Shown: positions 29,385-39,695 of the stretch, in pieces
Position numbering within the stretch: position 1 is the stretch's first letter
How the letters are laid out: every line of letters begins with the position of its first letter
DNA from: Candidatus Latescibacterota bacterium
Lineage (GTDB): Bacteria; Latescibacterota; UBA2968
DNA: 64,000 bases
Assembly: GCA_965208125.1 (NCBI GenBank)
Contig: OZ242320.1
Span: 3,040,001-3,104,000 of the forward strand
Direction of reading: 5' to 3'
The notes under the pieces: generated by a model
The model's database searches: none
What the model saw: only the letters and a program-made list of their open reading frames with translations
What the model was told of the DNA's origin: nothing
Program-made: the position numbers and the translations under genes

Positions 29385-31463
29385 TTAATTGATGGTCACG
29401 CCAAACGCATCCATAAAGATCAGAAAATCGGGCACCCCGATTTCCCCATCCATATTCAGATCGTATTTGGCATCGTATCTGTCATCGCCAAGTTTGGAAT
29501 CAAAGGCACTGACAAAGAGCACAAAATCAGCAACATTAACTATTCCGTTGCCATCAAAATCAGGTGTAAGGGCTGGTTTGAGCAACAAATCAATTCCAGT
29601 ATTGAGCGACACGAACACTGGATGTGTCACATATTGAATACGTGCTTCAACCATTCGTATAGTAGCACCTGAGAACTGGTCAGTTGTACGCAAATTTAAT
29701 GTAAACAGATGACCAGGTGAATAGTGAGTATGGTATGAACGGACTCGCACTCGCTTGATATCTGACTCTGTTGCAATAGGGACAAGATAATAAGAGGAAT
29801 GTGCGACTTCGATGTGATCTATCTGAGAAGAATCATACTCAAAGTCAATATATATCCGATGGACAGGTTCATCAGGCTCAGTGCTGAAAATCTGGATTGG
29901 GACGATCTCATTCGGCGCAACCTCGATTGAATTAACCGATTGATCACCACGAGCAAGGTTTAAATCCATAGAAAGCGTTGTGGGATTGACCGCAGGGGGA
30001 TCAACAGGTAAAGGTGTGGGTGGATCAGGCTGCACTGGTGGCGTGGGCGGTTGCACTGGGGGTTTAACTTCTGGCGGCGTGATATTCCGCAAGACGAAGC
30101 CCTTGAAACCAAGTGGTTTATTATCGCCACTCTGCATGTATTGATCTACTTGAACAATAGCTGGCTTTGAACGTCTAAGGTAGCCTTGACCAGAAGGAGC
30201 AGACTTAGGTGTATCATTTGTAAATCCAAAAGCATCATCATCTGTAAAGTGTGCAGCCCACACACCTTCCCTATCTTGTATCGGTTCGTAGTCGTCTGGA
30301 CCTCTGCCAACGGATATAAGAAAGGCTCGTTCAGCATCGAGATGAGCCCCACGTCCAATCTTACTATAATCATCAACAACATGATCGTAATCCACTGCAA
30401 CTCTATCAGTACTTGTCACTGCTTTGTTTAATGTCAGTGTGACATTCCTACCGCTGATAGAAACGGTTGATACTTTATACCCATGGCCAATATCTCCGTT
30501 CAAAGACGAACCGTTTATAATCATCGTGAAGTCCATAGGAGAAGGCGGTTTGGCTGTTTTTAGCAGTTCATCATAAGCAATCGTGACAGTGTTGCCATTT
30601 ACATTGCTTTCCGATGCTATGATGATAGGGGCAGGATTGATACTGGGAGAATGGTTCAAATTTGGAAGATTCGTAGCAGTTCCACCAATATTTGCTGTAA
30701 TTGTAGAACCGCCATGACGTACCAAGGTGTTTGCAAGCAATACTAATCCTGAACCCTTTGGGACGTTGCCAGTGCTGCGAAATGTCAATGTGTTGGTTCC
30801 GCCGCCTGAGTTATAATTGGCAATTCTATTATGAGTGGTGTTGTCTGACATTTTTCTCGCCCTGAATGTAACTCGAGGCGTGCCTGTGACTGTAACAATC
30901 TTAGAAAATTTCATCTTCACTGTAATGATACGATCCGCAATTGCTGCTTGCTCATATAACTGATTGTCGTCTGGTCCTGATATAGTTGCACTCAGAACCG
31001 TATTGGTCAAATTATTGGTTACAGATGTAGCAGTGAAACTCGGTGTGCTACCCAGGTTTTTACCTCCATCCTTCATCGTGTTGTCATAAGCAACCGTGAC
31101 AACTGCACCCCAGCCTATAGGCTCCATAACATAAACCTTCACCTCTGTTGACACATCATTATATCCCCAAGGATGGAGAGGGACATTTTCGCCATCTGCT
31201 GTGACAGTGATTCCGCTCGTGTGGAAGCTCCAAATATTGGCGGGCGGATTTGATATTGTAATCGGGGTAGGGTCACTTGTAAAATTCAATACTACGCAGA
31301 TGCCAGAGAGACGGCCCTGTGCATCTGGCTTGAAAGAATCCAATCTCATCTTGGCATTTTGAAGTGCTCCCCCATTCGGTTGCCCCCATGATTCTCCAAT
31401 AAACACTGCAAACAACATACTCATTGCAAAAACAAACCTGGTAAACCTTGTCGCTTTTTTCAT
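29385..31463 (-). CDS. Secreted surface protein with SwmB-like repeats, a Pro-rich linker, a cohesin-like domain and a dockerin-like tail
   Basis: Signal peptide; VNGNTVTIAYDE.L...VTLTL...V.VDY repeat; PPVQP linker; paired DFDGNG/DLNMDG...DF motifs; AT-richer than the core genes. Confidence 0.75.
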   Translation of the reverse strand: MKKATRFTRFVFAMSMLFAVFIGESWGQPNGGALQNAKMRLDSFKPDAQGRLSGICVVLNFTSDPTPITISNPPANIWSFHTSGITVTADGENVPLHPWGYNDVSTEVKVYVMEPIGWGAVVTVAYDNTMKDGGKNLGSTPSFTATSVTNNLTNTVLSATISGPDDNQLYEQAAIADRIITVKMKFSKIVTVTGTPRVTFRARKMSDNTTHNRIANYNSGGGTNTLTFRSTGNVPKGSGLVLLANTLVRHGGSTITANIGGTATNLPNLNHSPSINPAPIIIASESNVNGNTVTIAYDELLKTAKPPSPMDFTMIINGSSLNGDIGHGYKVSTVSISGRNVTLTLNKAVTSTDRVAVDYDHVVDDYSKIGRGAHLDAERAFLISVGRGPDDYEPIQDREGVWAAHFTDDDAFGFTNDTPKSAPSGQGYLRRSKPAIVQVDQYMQSGDNKPLGFKGFVLRNITPPEVKPPVQPPTPPVQPDPPTPLPVDPPAVNPTTLSMDLNLARGDQSVNSIEVAPNEIVPIQIFSTEPDEPVHRIYIDFEYDSSQIDHIEVAHSSYYLVPIATESDIKRVRVRSYHTHYSPGHLFTLNLRTTDQFSGATIRMVEARIQYVTHPVFVSLNTGIDLLLKPALTPDFDGNGIVNVADFVLFVSAFDSKLGDDRYDAKYDLNMDGEIGVPDFLIFMDAFGVTIN

Positions 31464-31533
31464 TTTATTCTCCTATCTTAATTGTCTTACATTCTGAATG
31501 ATAACGTTTGCCGGATTAGGCCAAAATTGCAAA

Positions 31534-32047
31534 ATCTGAACTGGCCAGAGAGTTTGAGCCAACCGCTCAGACGATCCAAAACTGGATACGCCATGCTGAT
31601 CGAGATGAGGGCCTTCGAGAAGATGGTCTTAAGAGCGATGAGCGCGAAGAGTTGCGTCGTCTTCGACGCGAGAAATGGCACTTATGGTGCCCCGCGCATC
31701 TGGAAAGATCTGATGGATGAGGATATCCGAGTAGGCAAGAAGCGCGTAGCGCGTCTGATGGGTGAGATGGGCATTTATGGCTTTAGGCGCCGAAAGAGCA
31801 CACAAACGACTGTTAAGAGGTGCATTAGGTGAATTTGTACAAATAGAAACGTCAGTTTATAGACAGTGGTGCTGAGATTTTCTCTGGTAATGATACAGTC
31901 AAGACGTATGAAGCGCGTCTTTCTGAGTTGGAGCGATTGCTGGGTCAGAAAGAAGTAGAACTGGCTCTGCTTAAAAATTTTTTAGGCAACCGTTGAACGT
32001 GCTTGAAACACAAGCCCTAAACTCTCCACCGAAGCGGGGTAACTCCA
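31534..32047 (+). mobile_element. Mosaic of decayed IS3-family fragments
   Basis: OrfA piece ELAREFEPTAQTIQNWI...EELRRLRRE; OrfB piece GTYGAPRI...KRVARLM; a second OrfA tail ERLLGQKEVELALLKNFL; terminal IR ...GGGGTAACTCCA. Confidence 0.85.
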
Positions 32048-32490
32048 GTAGCGGTAGAAAACATCTTCTTGTCCGTTCCATATTTCTCTCTTCTTTTTTC
32101 CAACTTGTAATACAACGTGTTAAATTTTATAGCATTTAACCTCCTTTTACCGAAAGACCCGATGAGGTATCTTCTAAACAGGACAAGGGGTTATCGGTTG
32201 GCAATTTTTGTTTATAGAAACGTTTGCATAATTGAATACTAATCGTATGAATGAACTTTGACTGGTCCGTTGTTTGCTGAAGCCGTAGCAGAGTCAGAAA
32301 ATCCTTTTTCCGACTGCGAATTGCTTACTGTGGGAGCGGCATTCCTGCCGAGATCGCCCAGTCAAGGTTCTATATATAATTAGTATAATTTAATGAAATA
32401 AAAAGTTTCTTTAGTAAATATATTAAATTTTATTTAATATTGCAATTAGAAAATATTAATATTTTATTTTTTTCCTATGGTTTGCTTTTA
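32047..32490 (-). repeat. Second copy of the TBDR leader, with a TBDR start (MERTRRCFLPL) cut by the IS end
   Basis: Homologous to 28702-29095. Confidence 0.9.
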
Positions 32491-32514
32491 TGGCGGGCAG
32501 TATCGGATTCAAAC
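32491..32514 (-). repeat. Degenerate tRNA-Val 3' fragment (att-like scar)
   Basis: TGGCGGGCAGTATCGGATTCAAAC versus TGGTGGGCGATACTGGATTCGAAC in the intact tRNA. Confidence 0.65.
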
Positions 32515-32550
32515 AAAAAAAGGCCTACGATTTTCTCGTAAGCCTTTCTT
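32515..32550 (-). terminator. Terminator after tRNA-Val copy 2
   Basis: AAAGGC(C)TACGA/TCGTA(A)GCCTTT stem with a U-run on the minus strand. Confidence 0.7.
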
Positions 32551-32555
32551 CTTTA

Positions 32556-32632
32556 TGGTGGGCGATACTGGATTCGAACCAGTGACCTCCTGCTTGTAAG
32601 GCAGGCGCTCTAACCAGCTGAGCTAACCGCCC
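32556..32632 (-). tRNA. tRNA-Val(TAC), copy 2 (native position at the end of the rplS operon)
   Basis: Identical to 29096-29172. Confidence 0.97.
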
Positions 32633-32644
32633 GGATAATGAAAC

Positions 32645-32899
32645 CTATCTCACATCGGTTGATGGCTCCTCTTCTTTCTGCCTGCTGAGCAGGGCTATTG
32701 GGATGAATACACAGTAACCGAGCACGAGCAGCAGCGGGGCAAGCGTGAGTGACATAAAACCATCGACTGGCGGTAGGGAGAGAAAAACATAGCCCAGTGC
32801 AATGGTGGCAAGCCCAAGTCCAAAAAGCCACATATTCCGTTCTGTATAGGGCAACTTTGGCCGGGGTTTGGGACGTTGTCGCGCTCGGCGAGGAGGCAT
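32645..32899 (-). CDS. Small two-TM membrane protein (DUF3098-like)
   Basis: MPPRR...LPYTERNMWLF...GY...LAPLLLVLGY. Confidence 0.7.
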   Translation of the reverse strand: MPPRRARQRPKPRPKLPYTERNMWLFGLGLATIALGYVFLSLPPVDGFMSLTLAPLLLVLGYCVFIPIALLSRQKEEEPSTDVR

Positions 32900-32909
32900 A
32901 ATAGAATTC

Positions 32910-33257
32910 CTATCGACGTTCTGCAATGCGGGCAGCACGACCGCGCAGATTGCGCAGGTAATAAATTTTTGATCGCCGCACTTTACCGCGACGCAGTACT
33001 TCAATTTTAGCTATGCGAGGCGTGTGCAGCGGAAAGATGCGCTCTACCCCAACGCCACCCGTGCTAATTTTGCGAACCGTAAATGTCGCGTGAATGCCCG
33101 ATCCCCGGTGCTGGATGACCACGCCCTCAAAAAGCTGAATGCGTTCTTTTTCACCTTCTACCACGCGCACCTGCACGCGCACGGTATCGCCGGCTTCAAA
33201 CTCGGGTACGTCATCGCGCAGTTGTGCTTCGGAAACAGATTTCAAAATGGCATCCAT
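32910..33257 (-). CDS. rplS: 50S ribosomal protein L19
   Basis: [31 protein letters not shown]. Confidence 0.98.
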   Translation of the reverse strand: MDAILKSVSEAQLRDDVPEFEAGDTVRVQVRVVEGEKERIQLFEGVVIQHRGSGIHATFTVRKISTGGVGVERIFPLHTPRIAKIEVLRRGKVRRSKIYYLRNLRGRAARIAERR

Positions 33258-33301
33258 GATTTACATACTCCTGAAAAAAATTAACGTTCAAACAAAGTTG
33301 G

Positions 33302-33970
33302 TTATTCCAACAAATCGGGGCGTCGCTCAAGCGTGCGTTGTCGCGCGTTGTCGCGTCGCCATTGGGCGACTTTTTTGTGATTTCCGCTGAGCAATGCCTC
33401 TGGCACGGTCAAGCCTTCAAATTCACGAGGCCGCGTGTACCACGCACAATCCAACAGGCCATTTTGAAACGAGTCTTCAAGTGCTGACTCGGCATTGCCA
33501 ATAGCTCCGGGAATTAACCGGATCAATGCATCGATTAAAATGAGGGCGGGCAATTCGCCGCCGCTGAGGACATAATCGCCGATTGAAATTTCATCATCGA
33601 CATAGTTTTCGCGAATGCGCTCATCAATGCCGCGATAGTGACCGCACAATAATACGAGATGATCCGACAAAGACAATTCATTGGCCACAGTTTGCGTAAA
33701 TAACCGCCCTTGAGGCGTGAGAAAAATCACGCGACCACCTGTGGGGAGTGCTTCTATCGCGCGTGCAATGGGTTCGGGTTTGAAGATCATTCCCGCGCCA
33801 CCGCCGTAAGGCGTATCGTCGATTGTTTTGTGCTTGTCGTCTGCGTGGTCTCGAAGGTCGTGCGCCAAAACGTCGATCAATCCCTCATCAATGGCGCGTC
33901 GCGGGATACTGTATTTCAGTACATCCCGAATCAGATCGGGAAAAATTGTGATCACGTCTATTCGCATCAC
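33302..33970 (-). CDS. trmD: tRNA (guanine37-N1)-methyltransferase
   Basis: DDTPYGGGAGM and SIGDYVLSGGE. Confidence 0.98.
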   Translation of the reverse strand: MMRIDVITIFPDLIRDVLKYSIPRRAIDEGLIDVLAHDLRDHADDKHKTIDDTPYGGGAGMIFKPEPIARAIEALPTGGRVIFLTPQGRLFTQTVANELSLSDHLVLLCGHYRGIDERIRENYVDDEISIGDYVLSGGELPALILIDALIRLIPGAIGNAESALEDSFQNGLLDCAWYTRPREFEGLTVPEALLSGNHKKVAQWRRDNARQRTLERRPDLLE

Positions 33971-33981
33971 AGATGGTCGTC

Positions 33982-34515
33982 CTACAAAAGTCCTTCGATT
34001 TCCTGAACGACAATTTTACCGGCTTTTTGATCTACGTGGACAATCTCGCGTACGGCCGGGATCAATACGTCTTCGCCATTGCGATCTACCACATACACAT
34101 CGTTGGCCGGGTACGACAAGACTTCTACGATATGTCCCACCATTGTGCCGGACGCTGTTTCAACTGGCAATCCCTCGAGTTCAAAAACGTAAAACGAATT
34201 GTCGGGCAAGGGATGCACGGCATCGCGGGGCACTAAAATAAAGTGTTCGCGCAATCGCCCCACATGTTCAGGGGTGTCAATGTCTTGAAATTTGATTGCC
34301 AGGCGCGAACCATAAGCGCGTACATAAGCCACATTCAATACAGAATATGTGCCATTGGGCGCTTCGACGCGCACAGAGTCCAAATCGTCAAATCGTTGCG
34401 GAAAATCGGTCAGCGGCAGCAAAAAAGCTTCACCCCGAATGCCTCGGGGTTTCATAATTTTGCCAACCGTGACAAAGCCTGTGCTGGAGTGGTTTAATTC
34501 AGTATCCGGCTCCAA
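33982..34515 (-). CDS. rimM: 16S rRNA processing protein RimM
   Basis: VGKI..PRGIRGE and a PRC-barrel tail; conserved synteny. Confidence 0.95.
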   Translation of the reverse strand: MEPDTELNHSSTGFVTVGKIMKPRGIRGEAFLLPLTDFPQRFDDLDSVRVEAPNGTYSVLNVAYVRAYGSRLAIKFQDIDTPEHVGRLREHFILVPRDAVHPLPDNSFYVFELEGLPVETASGTMVGHIVEVLSYPANDVYVVDRNGEDVLIPAVREIVHVDQKAGKIVVQEIEGLL

Positions 34516-34518
34516 GAC

Positions 34519-34821
34519 TTATTCCTCAGATGGGGCGTCTGACTCAGCATCCTCAGGTTGTGCGTCCTCATCGGGATTTTGTTTGAGCAGACCCTTTTGG
34601 CGAAATAAACTGCGCACTGTATCGGAGGGCTGTGCGCCTACGTCCAACCAATACCTTATGCGGTCTTCTTTCAATTCGATAATCTGGGGATCTTTTGTCG
34701 GATTATAATGCCCCAGGACCTCAATGAACCGACCGTCGCGAGGTGAAGTGGCATCAGCCGCTACCACGCGGTAGAACGGTGCTTTTTTCGCGCCCATACG
34801 ACGTAAGCGAAGTCGAACCAA
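34519..34821 (-). CDS. rpsP: 30S ribosomal protein S16
   Basis: TTG start; VRLRLRRMG...PRDGRFIE...GAQPSDTV. Confidence 0.97.
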   Translation of the reverse strand: MVRLRLRRMGAKKAPFYRVVAADATSPRDGRFIEVLGHYNPTKDPQIIELKEDRIRYWLDVGAQPSDTVRSLFRQKGLLKQNPDEDAQPEDAESDAPSEE

Positions 34822-34834
34822 ATCAAACTCCTTT

Positions 34835-34863
34835 GTTGGGGCGGGTTTCAAACCCGCCCGTAC
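34835..34863. repeat. REP-like palindrome
   Basis: GGGCGGGTTT-C-AAACCCGCCC flanked by GTAG-like tetranucleotides. Confidence 0.5.
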
Positions 34864-34886
34864 ATTGGGCGAAAGATCTTTCGCCC

Positions 34887-36212
34887 CTATCCGAACATCG
34901 GAATTGCCATTTTGCCCTGTTTTTCCATACGGGACATGCGTTTCATCATTTTTTGCATCATGCTGAATTGTTTGAGCAATTTGTTGACATCTTGAATGCT
35001 GCGCCCGCTGCCATTTGCAATGCGTTTGCGCCTGCTGCCATTAATAATATGCGGTTTTTCGCGTTCTGCGGGTGTCATTGAATAGATGATGGCCTCAATA
35101 TGCGAGAAGGCCTTTTCATCTACCTGCAAATCCGGCATGGATTTGCTCACTCCGGGAATCATTTTCATCAGTTGATCTAAGGGTCCCATTTGCCTGATTT
35201 GCGCCATTTGCTCGAGAAAATCGTCAAATGTGAACGATGCCGAGCGGAGCTTTTGCTCGACTTTTTTGGCCTGTTCATCGTCAATGGTCGCCTGTGCTTT
35301 TTCCACCAGTGTAACCACATCGCCCATGCCCAATATGCGAGAGGCCATGCGGTCGGGATGAAATGCTTCCAGACCATCGACTTTTTCGCTGACGCCGATG
35401 TATTTAATCGGAACGCCCGCAACCTCGCGGATGGATAAGGCCGCACCGCCGCGGGTGTCGCTGTCCATGCGCGTGAGTATCACACCCGAAAAATTGAGTT
35501 TTTCGTAAAAGGCAGAAGCTGACGATACGGCATCTTGCCCGGTCATGGCGTCGCACACAAACAGAATTTCTGAGGGCGATACGGCTTCGCGGATGCGAAA
35601 TACTTCATCCATTCGCTCGTCATCAACGTGTAGCCGACCCGCCGTGTCGAGAATTACCACATCGAAATTTTCATTTTGCGCCCGATCCATCGCTTGCGTG
35701 CAAATATCGACCGGATCGGTGCCTTCTGACGCCCGATGCACGGGTGCGCCTACTTGCTCGCCGAGTACGCAAAGTTGATCAATTGCTGCGGGACGATAAA
35801 TATCAGCCGCTACGAGCAGGGGTTTTTTGTTTTCCGATACCAATAATCGGGCCAATTTTGCTGCGGCTGTCGTTTTACCCGATCCTTGAAGCCCGACCAT
35901 CATTATTGCTGAGGGCGGCGATTCTGCAAATTGCAATGCGGCATTTTGATTGCCCATCAACGCGATCAATTCGTCGTGGACAACTTTTACAACTTGCTGC
36001 CCGGGCGTGATGCTTTTGAGCACTTCCCGCCCTATGGCGCGGTCTTTGACTCGCGCGATAAACGAGCGGGCGACCTTGTAGTTGACATCTGCCTCGAGCA
36101 ATGCCCGGCGCACCTCTCGCATGGCGTCGTCAATGTTCGATTCGCTCAATCGACCGCGGCTGCGAAGTTGCTTAAATACGCCATTGAGGCGCTCTGTCAA
36201 CATTTCAAACAT
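34887..36212 (-). CDS. ffh: Signal recognition particle protein
   Basis: [14 protein letters not shown] and an M domain. Confidence 0.98.
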   Translation of the reverse strand: MFEMLTERLNGVFKQLRSRGRLSESNIDDAMREVRRALLEADVNYKVARSFIARVKDRAIGREVLKSITPGQQVVKVVHDELIALMGNQNAALQFAESPPSAIMMVGLQGSGKTTAAAKLARLLVSENKKPLLVAADIYRPAAIDQLCVLGEQVGAPVHRASEGTDPVDICTQAMDRAQNENFDVVILDTAGRLHVDDERMDEVFRIREAVSPSEILFVCDAMTGQDAVSSASAFYEKLNFSGVILTRMDSDTRGGAALSIREVAGVPIKYIGVSEKVDGLEAFHPDRMASRILGMGDVVTLVEKAQATIDDEQAKKVEQKLRSASFTFDDFLEQMAQIRQMGPLDQLMKMIPGVSKSMPDLQVDEKAFSHIEAIIYSMTPAEREKPHIINGSRRKRIANGSGRSIQDVNKLLKQFSMMQKMMKRMSRMEKQGKMAIPMFG

Positions 36213-36305
36213 AAAAAACCCTTAAAAATGGCGGGGCAAGACGGAGAAATATAGAAGATTCGTCAATTTTATGCAAGAAATAAGCTGACGAAAACCCCCT
36301 CCTGG

Positions 36306-36962
36306 CTATCCTATTGCCGCCTGGCGAATGGCCTGTACGTTTTTTGCAATAGCCCCGTCGCGAAATACTGCCGAACCCGCTACGAGCACTTGCACGCCGG
36401 CCTGGACCACCCGATGTGCGTTTTCCACGCCAATGCCACCGTCTATTTCTATTTCTACATCTAATTTCTGACGCACAATTTCGGCTTTTAATGTCCGCAC
36501 CCGATCGAGAGATGCCGGCATAAACGACTGACCACCAAAGCCCGGTTCGACCGACATAATGAGTGCGAGGTCCAATTTGGGTAGCAGCGGGAATAACGCC
36601 TCGATCTCCGTGCCAGGGCGCAGGGTAGCACCGGCTTTCATATTGGCTTTTCGGATGTGATCCAACAGTGCGGGTACATCTTCTTCGATCTCGACATGAA
36701 CGGTCAAAATATCTGTGCCCGCATCGGCAAAATCTTGCAGATATTTACCGGGTTCAGAGATCATGAGATGCACGTCCAGCACCAGGTCTGTGGTTTTGCG
36801 AATGGCTTCGACGACCAGCGCACCAAATGTGATATTGGGCACAAAATGCCCGTCCATAATGTCCAGATGGATGTATTCGGCACCGGCCTCTTCGACCAGG
36901 CGCACCTGATTTTCGAGCGTGCGAAAATCGGCAGAGAGAAATGATGGGGCGATTTTTACCAT
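36306..36962 (-). CDS. rpe: Ribulose-phosphate 3-epimerase
   Basis: HLDIMDGHFVPN, MSVEPGFGGQ, DGG. Confidence 0.97.
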   Translation of the reverse strand: MVKIAPSFLSADFRTLENQVRLVEEAGAEYIHLDIMDGHFVPNITFGALVVEAIRKTTDLVLDVHLMISEPGKYLQDFADAGTDILTVHVEIEEDVPALLDHIRKANMKAGATLRPGTEIEALFPLLPKLDLALIMSVEPGFGGQSFMPASLDRVRTLKAEIVRQKLDVEIEIDGGIGVENAHRVVQAGVQVLVAGSAVFRDGAIAKNVQAIRQAAIG

Positions 36963-36984
36963 TTTAACCTCAAATAAGACTTTC

Positions 36985-37725
36985 TCACAGTTTACTCACA
37001 ATCAACAGCACAGAAGCCCCGCGTTTTATTGGCGTGCCCGTTTCTGGCTCCTGGCGGATTACGACGTCGGGTTCATAAGCGGTGCTAAATTCGTATCGGA
37101 TATTATTTGGCTGCAGATCGAGCGACAATAACAAACGCCGGGCTTCGTCTAATTTTAGCTCGGTAACCCGGGGCATATTGACAAATGCGCGAGGAGGACC
37201 CGTGCTTACAATCAGTTCGATCTGCGTCCCCTGGGCGACTTTCTCGCCAGCTTTGGGTTTTTGATCAATAATATTGCCCTCTTTTATTTCTGAAGATGAT
37301 ATTTCGATGACTTTACTGACGGTCAAATCTGCCTGTGCTATCCACAACTGAGCCTGTCGCAAAGGGCGGTTGAGAAGATCGGGTACGGCGTGGAGACGCT
37401 GTCCCAGGCTCGGCGCGACATAGACCGTGCGATTGGGTTTTACATGCGAGAGAGCAGACGGATTTTGCCATATAATTTGTCCTGCAGGCACAGAAGCATC
37501 CCAGCGCGGTTCTCGTTCTTTCATGCGCAGGCCCTTGTCTTGCAATTTCGCCTGTGCCTGTGAGGGGGTAAGTCCGATGAGATCGGGAACAGCGACTTCT
37601 ACGCCTTGCCGCACATAGATGGGCATTGCAATTTGATTGACTACAATCAATCCAATTATTGCCGTAAATATGGCACATGCTCCAAAAAGGACGATTTCGC
37701 GCAAAATTTTCAAGGGCAAATTCAT
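36985..37725 (-). CDS. PASTA-domain protein (three repeats, N-terminal TM)
   Basis: VPDL.G...Q.P repeats; typical position upstream of rpe. Confidence 0.88.
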   Translation of the reverse strand: MNLPLKILREIVLFGACAIFTAIIGLIVVNQIAMPIYVRQGVEVAVPDLIGLTPSQAQAKLQDKGLRMKEREPRWDASVPAGQIIWQNPSALSHVKPNRTVYVAPSLGQRLHAVPDLLNRPLRQAQLWIAQADLTVSKVIEISSSEIKEGNIIDQKPKAGEKVAQGTQIELIVSTGPPRAFVNMPRVTELKLDEARRLLLSLDLQPNNIRYEFSTAYEPDVVIRQEPETGTPIKRGASVLLIVSKL

Positions 37726-37784
37726 TATTCCAAAATAGCCGGAGGCCCAAATCCTGTCAAGCGCGAATCCCTTGAAGCAAGGGG

Positions 37785-38687
37785 TCAATGCTCAAAGATC
37801 ACCGAAGCGCGATGCGTGATTCCCAGTACTGTATGCCATACTGCGGCATAGTCGATCGCAAAGCCACTTTTTCGTACGCCAAATCCCGCACTCAATCTTT
37901 CCGGGCGGCCGCCTGCACCCGTGCGTAACACGAGTTGGGGGTGGATATGATATATTACCCCTATGCCCGCACCTGTGGAGAAATTCGCTTCTTTCTGTAT
38001 ATCTGCCACCAGCGCGACCCGTGGCATGATGGCAATACCTATTCCCACGGTGCCACTCTGTCCCAAAAGCGATGTGTGCCTGCTACCTGCATTCCAGATT
38101 GTTGCGCCCAGAAAGACGCTTTTGCGCATTTGCAATTTTATCCCCGCATCGAATACCACCCAGTGTTGTGTGGGTATTCCCGTTGTGTTCAGTTGCAAGG
38201 CGCGTATGCCAACGCCCAGGCTCAGTTGTTGAAATACGCGCAGTCCATAACCGAGACCAAATACCTGCTCTTTGTATAGCGCGAATCCAAATCCCGTATA
38301 TCTCACGCCCAGGCCATGGCGCCCAATCCGCAGGCCAGCACTGAACGCATGAGTTGCCAGTTCGGCTATTCCAAAGGGCCGATCATACATGCCAAATAAG
38401 CTTATTCGCTTGCCCCAGACCAGTGCTGCGGGATTCCAATATGCGCCCGAGGCACCGGCTGCCAGTGCCACGCCTGCATCGCCAGTACCTGCTGTATGGG
38501 CGCCAATGGGTTGAAATTCAAAGGCTGCGAAAGATGATGATGGGAGGAGTGAGAAAAGTAAAACAAGGACAATCTGACGATATTTTGTTCGTATAAGCGA
38601 ACTGAGATACAGTTGATCTGGCATGTGAAACCACGTGTGGAATGGGTTGGGAATGTGCGTTTTTTGCAGTTTATCTGCAAATGACAT
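37785..38687 (-). CDS. PorV-like outer-membrane beta-barrel (true start probably downstream)
   Basis: GA...G.G.AGVA...YWNPAAL motif; amphipathic beta strands. Confidence 0.6.
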   Translation of the reverse strand: MSFADKLQKTHIPNPFHTWFHMPDQLYLSSLIRTKYRQIVLVLLFSLLPSSSFAAFEFQPIGAHTAGTGDAGVALAAGASGAYWNPAALVWGKRISLFGMYDRPFGIAELATHAFSAGLRIGRHGLGVRYTGFGFALYKEQVFGLGYGLRVFQQLSLGVGIRALQLNTTGIPTQHWVVFDAGIKLQMRKSVFLGATIWNAGSRHTSLLGQSGTVGIGIAIMPRVALVADIQKEANFSTGAGIGVIYHIHPQLVLRTGAGGRPERLSAGFGVRKSGFAIDYAAVWHTVLGITHRASVIFEH

Positions 38688-38925
38688 GCCAGAGTTATGG
38701 TTTAGCCCATAACTCTTTGATATTACACGCCAAAATCTGTTTGTTCTCAGTCAAAACAGGCGTATAACTGTCGGTAATTATGCGACAGAATATTTCAATC
38801 TGTCGCTTGTTATTAGACAAAAAAATTTTTCAATTGCGTGCGTTGATCGCAGTTGCTTTATGGAGAAAAAGAACCGATATTTTGTCTGTCCGGTTTCTGC
38901 GAATCTTTACTGGGGAGAGAAGGCT

Positions 38926-39663
38926 ATGGCTTATTTTACCGACGAAGAAAAATTGCATTTTAAAGAACAGGGGTATGTTGTCAAACGCGATGTGGTGCCG
39001 ATGCATTTGATCGATAAGGCGGTGGATGTGTTGTGGGAGGAGATTGAGGCAGATCGCAACGATCCCGAGACGTGGATCAACGCGGGGCCGAAGGGAAATT
39101 TGAAATGCAGCAGTCATCCCGATGTGCGGGCGACGTTGACGGAAACACCGATTCAGGATATGTGCGAAGAGATGGTGGGTAAAGGGACCCTGGCGGTGTC
39201 GAATTACACATTTGCCAAGATGATTTATCCCGAAGGGCACGACAATTGGACGCCGGCCAGGCATATGCATCTGGATGGCTATACGTGTGAAGGCGTGGTG
39301 GATACCTTTGCGATTGCGGTGACGGTGAATATCAATCACGTCAAGCCTCGCTCGGGTGGGTTTTCGATCTGGCCGGGTGCGCACAAGCGGGCGTATGAGT
39401 ATTTTAAGACGCACAGTCTGGTGAATGGGTTAGATGCATTTCGCAATGAGCAGGGGGAGTATTACGACCTTCCCACGCCGGTCGATGTTACGGGACCGCC
39501 GGGTACGGTGACGTTCTGGCATCATCTGATGTTGCACAGCCCGGGGGTAAATTGCGGGCGGGATATTCGCATGGCGTTTGTGAGTCGATTTCGGCGAAGG
39601 GATAATAACGAGATGCGCTTTGAGACGCCGGATGATATGTGGGCGTATTGGGATGGATTATAA
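38926..39663 (+). CDS. Phytanoyl-CoA dioxygenase family (2OG-Fe(II))
   Basis: F.EQGYVV, HLD, WPGAH, and a distal H...N...R. Confidence 0.85.
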   Translation: MAYFTDEEKLHFKEQGYVVKRDVVPMHLIDKAVDVLWEEIEADRNDPETWINAGPKGNLKCSSHPDVRATLTETPIQDMCEEMVGKGTLAVSNYTFAKMIYPEGHDNWTPARHMHLDGYTCEGVVDTFAIAVTVNINHVKPRSGGFSIWPGAHKRAYEYFKTHSLVNGLDAFRNEQGEYYDLPTPVDVTGPPGTVTFWHHLMLHSPGVNCGRDIRMAFVSRFRRRDNNEMRFETPDDMWAYWDGL

Positions 39664-39695
39664 GCCGATTCCGCGTTGGAATATCGAAGGATAGG

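Noticed and set aside
31482-31832. 116-aa ORF as a functional transposase
   Set aside because: A chance fusion of off-frame OrfA sequence with an OrfB HTH fragment; there is no DDE core.
32610-33004. Longer 119-aa call and a 73-aa ORF
   Set aside because: They overlap rplS or the tRNA; the plausible gene starts at 32899.
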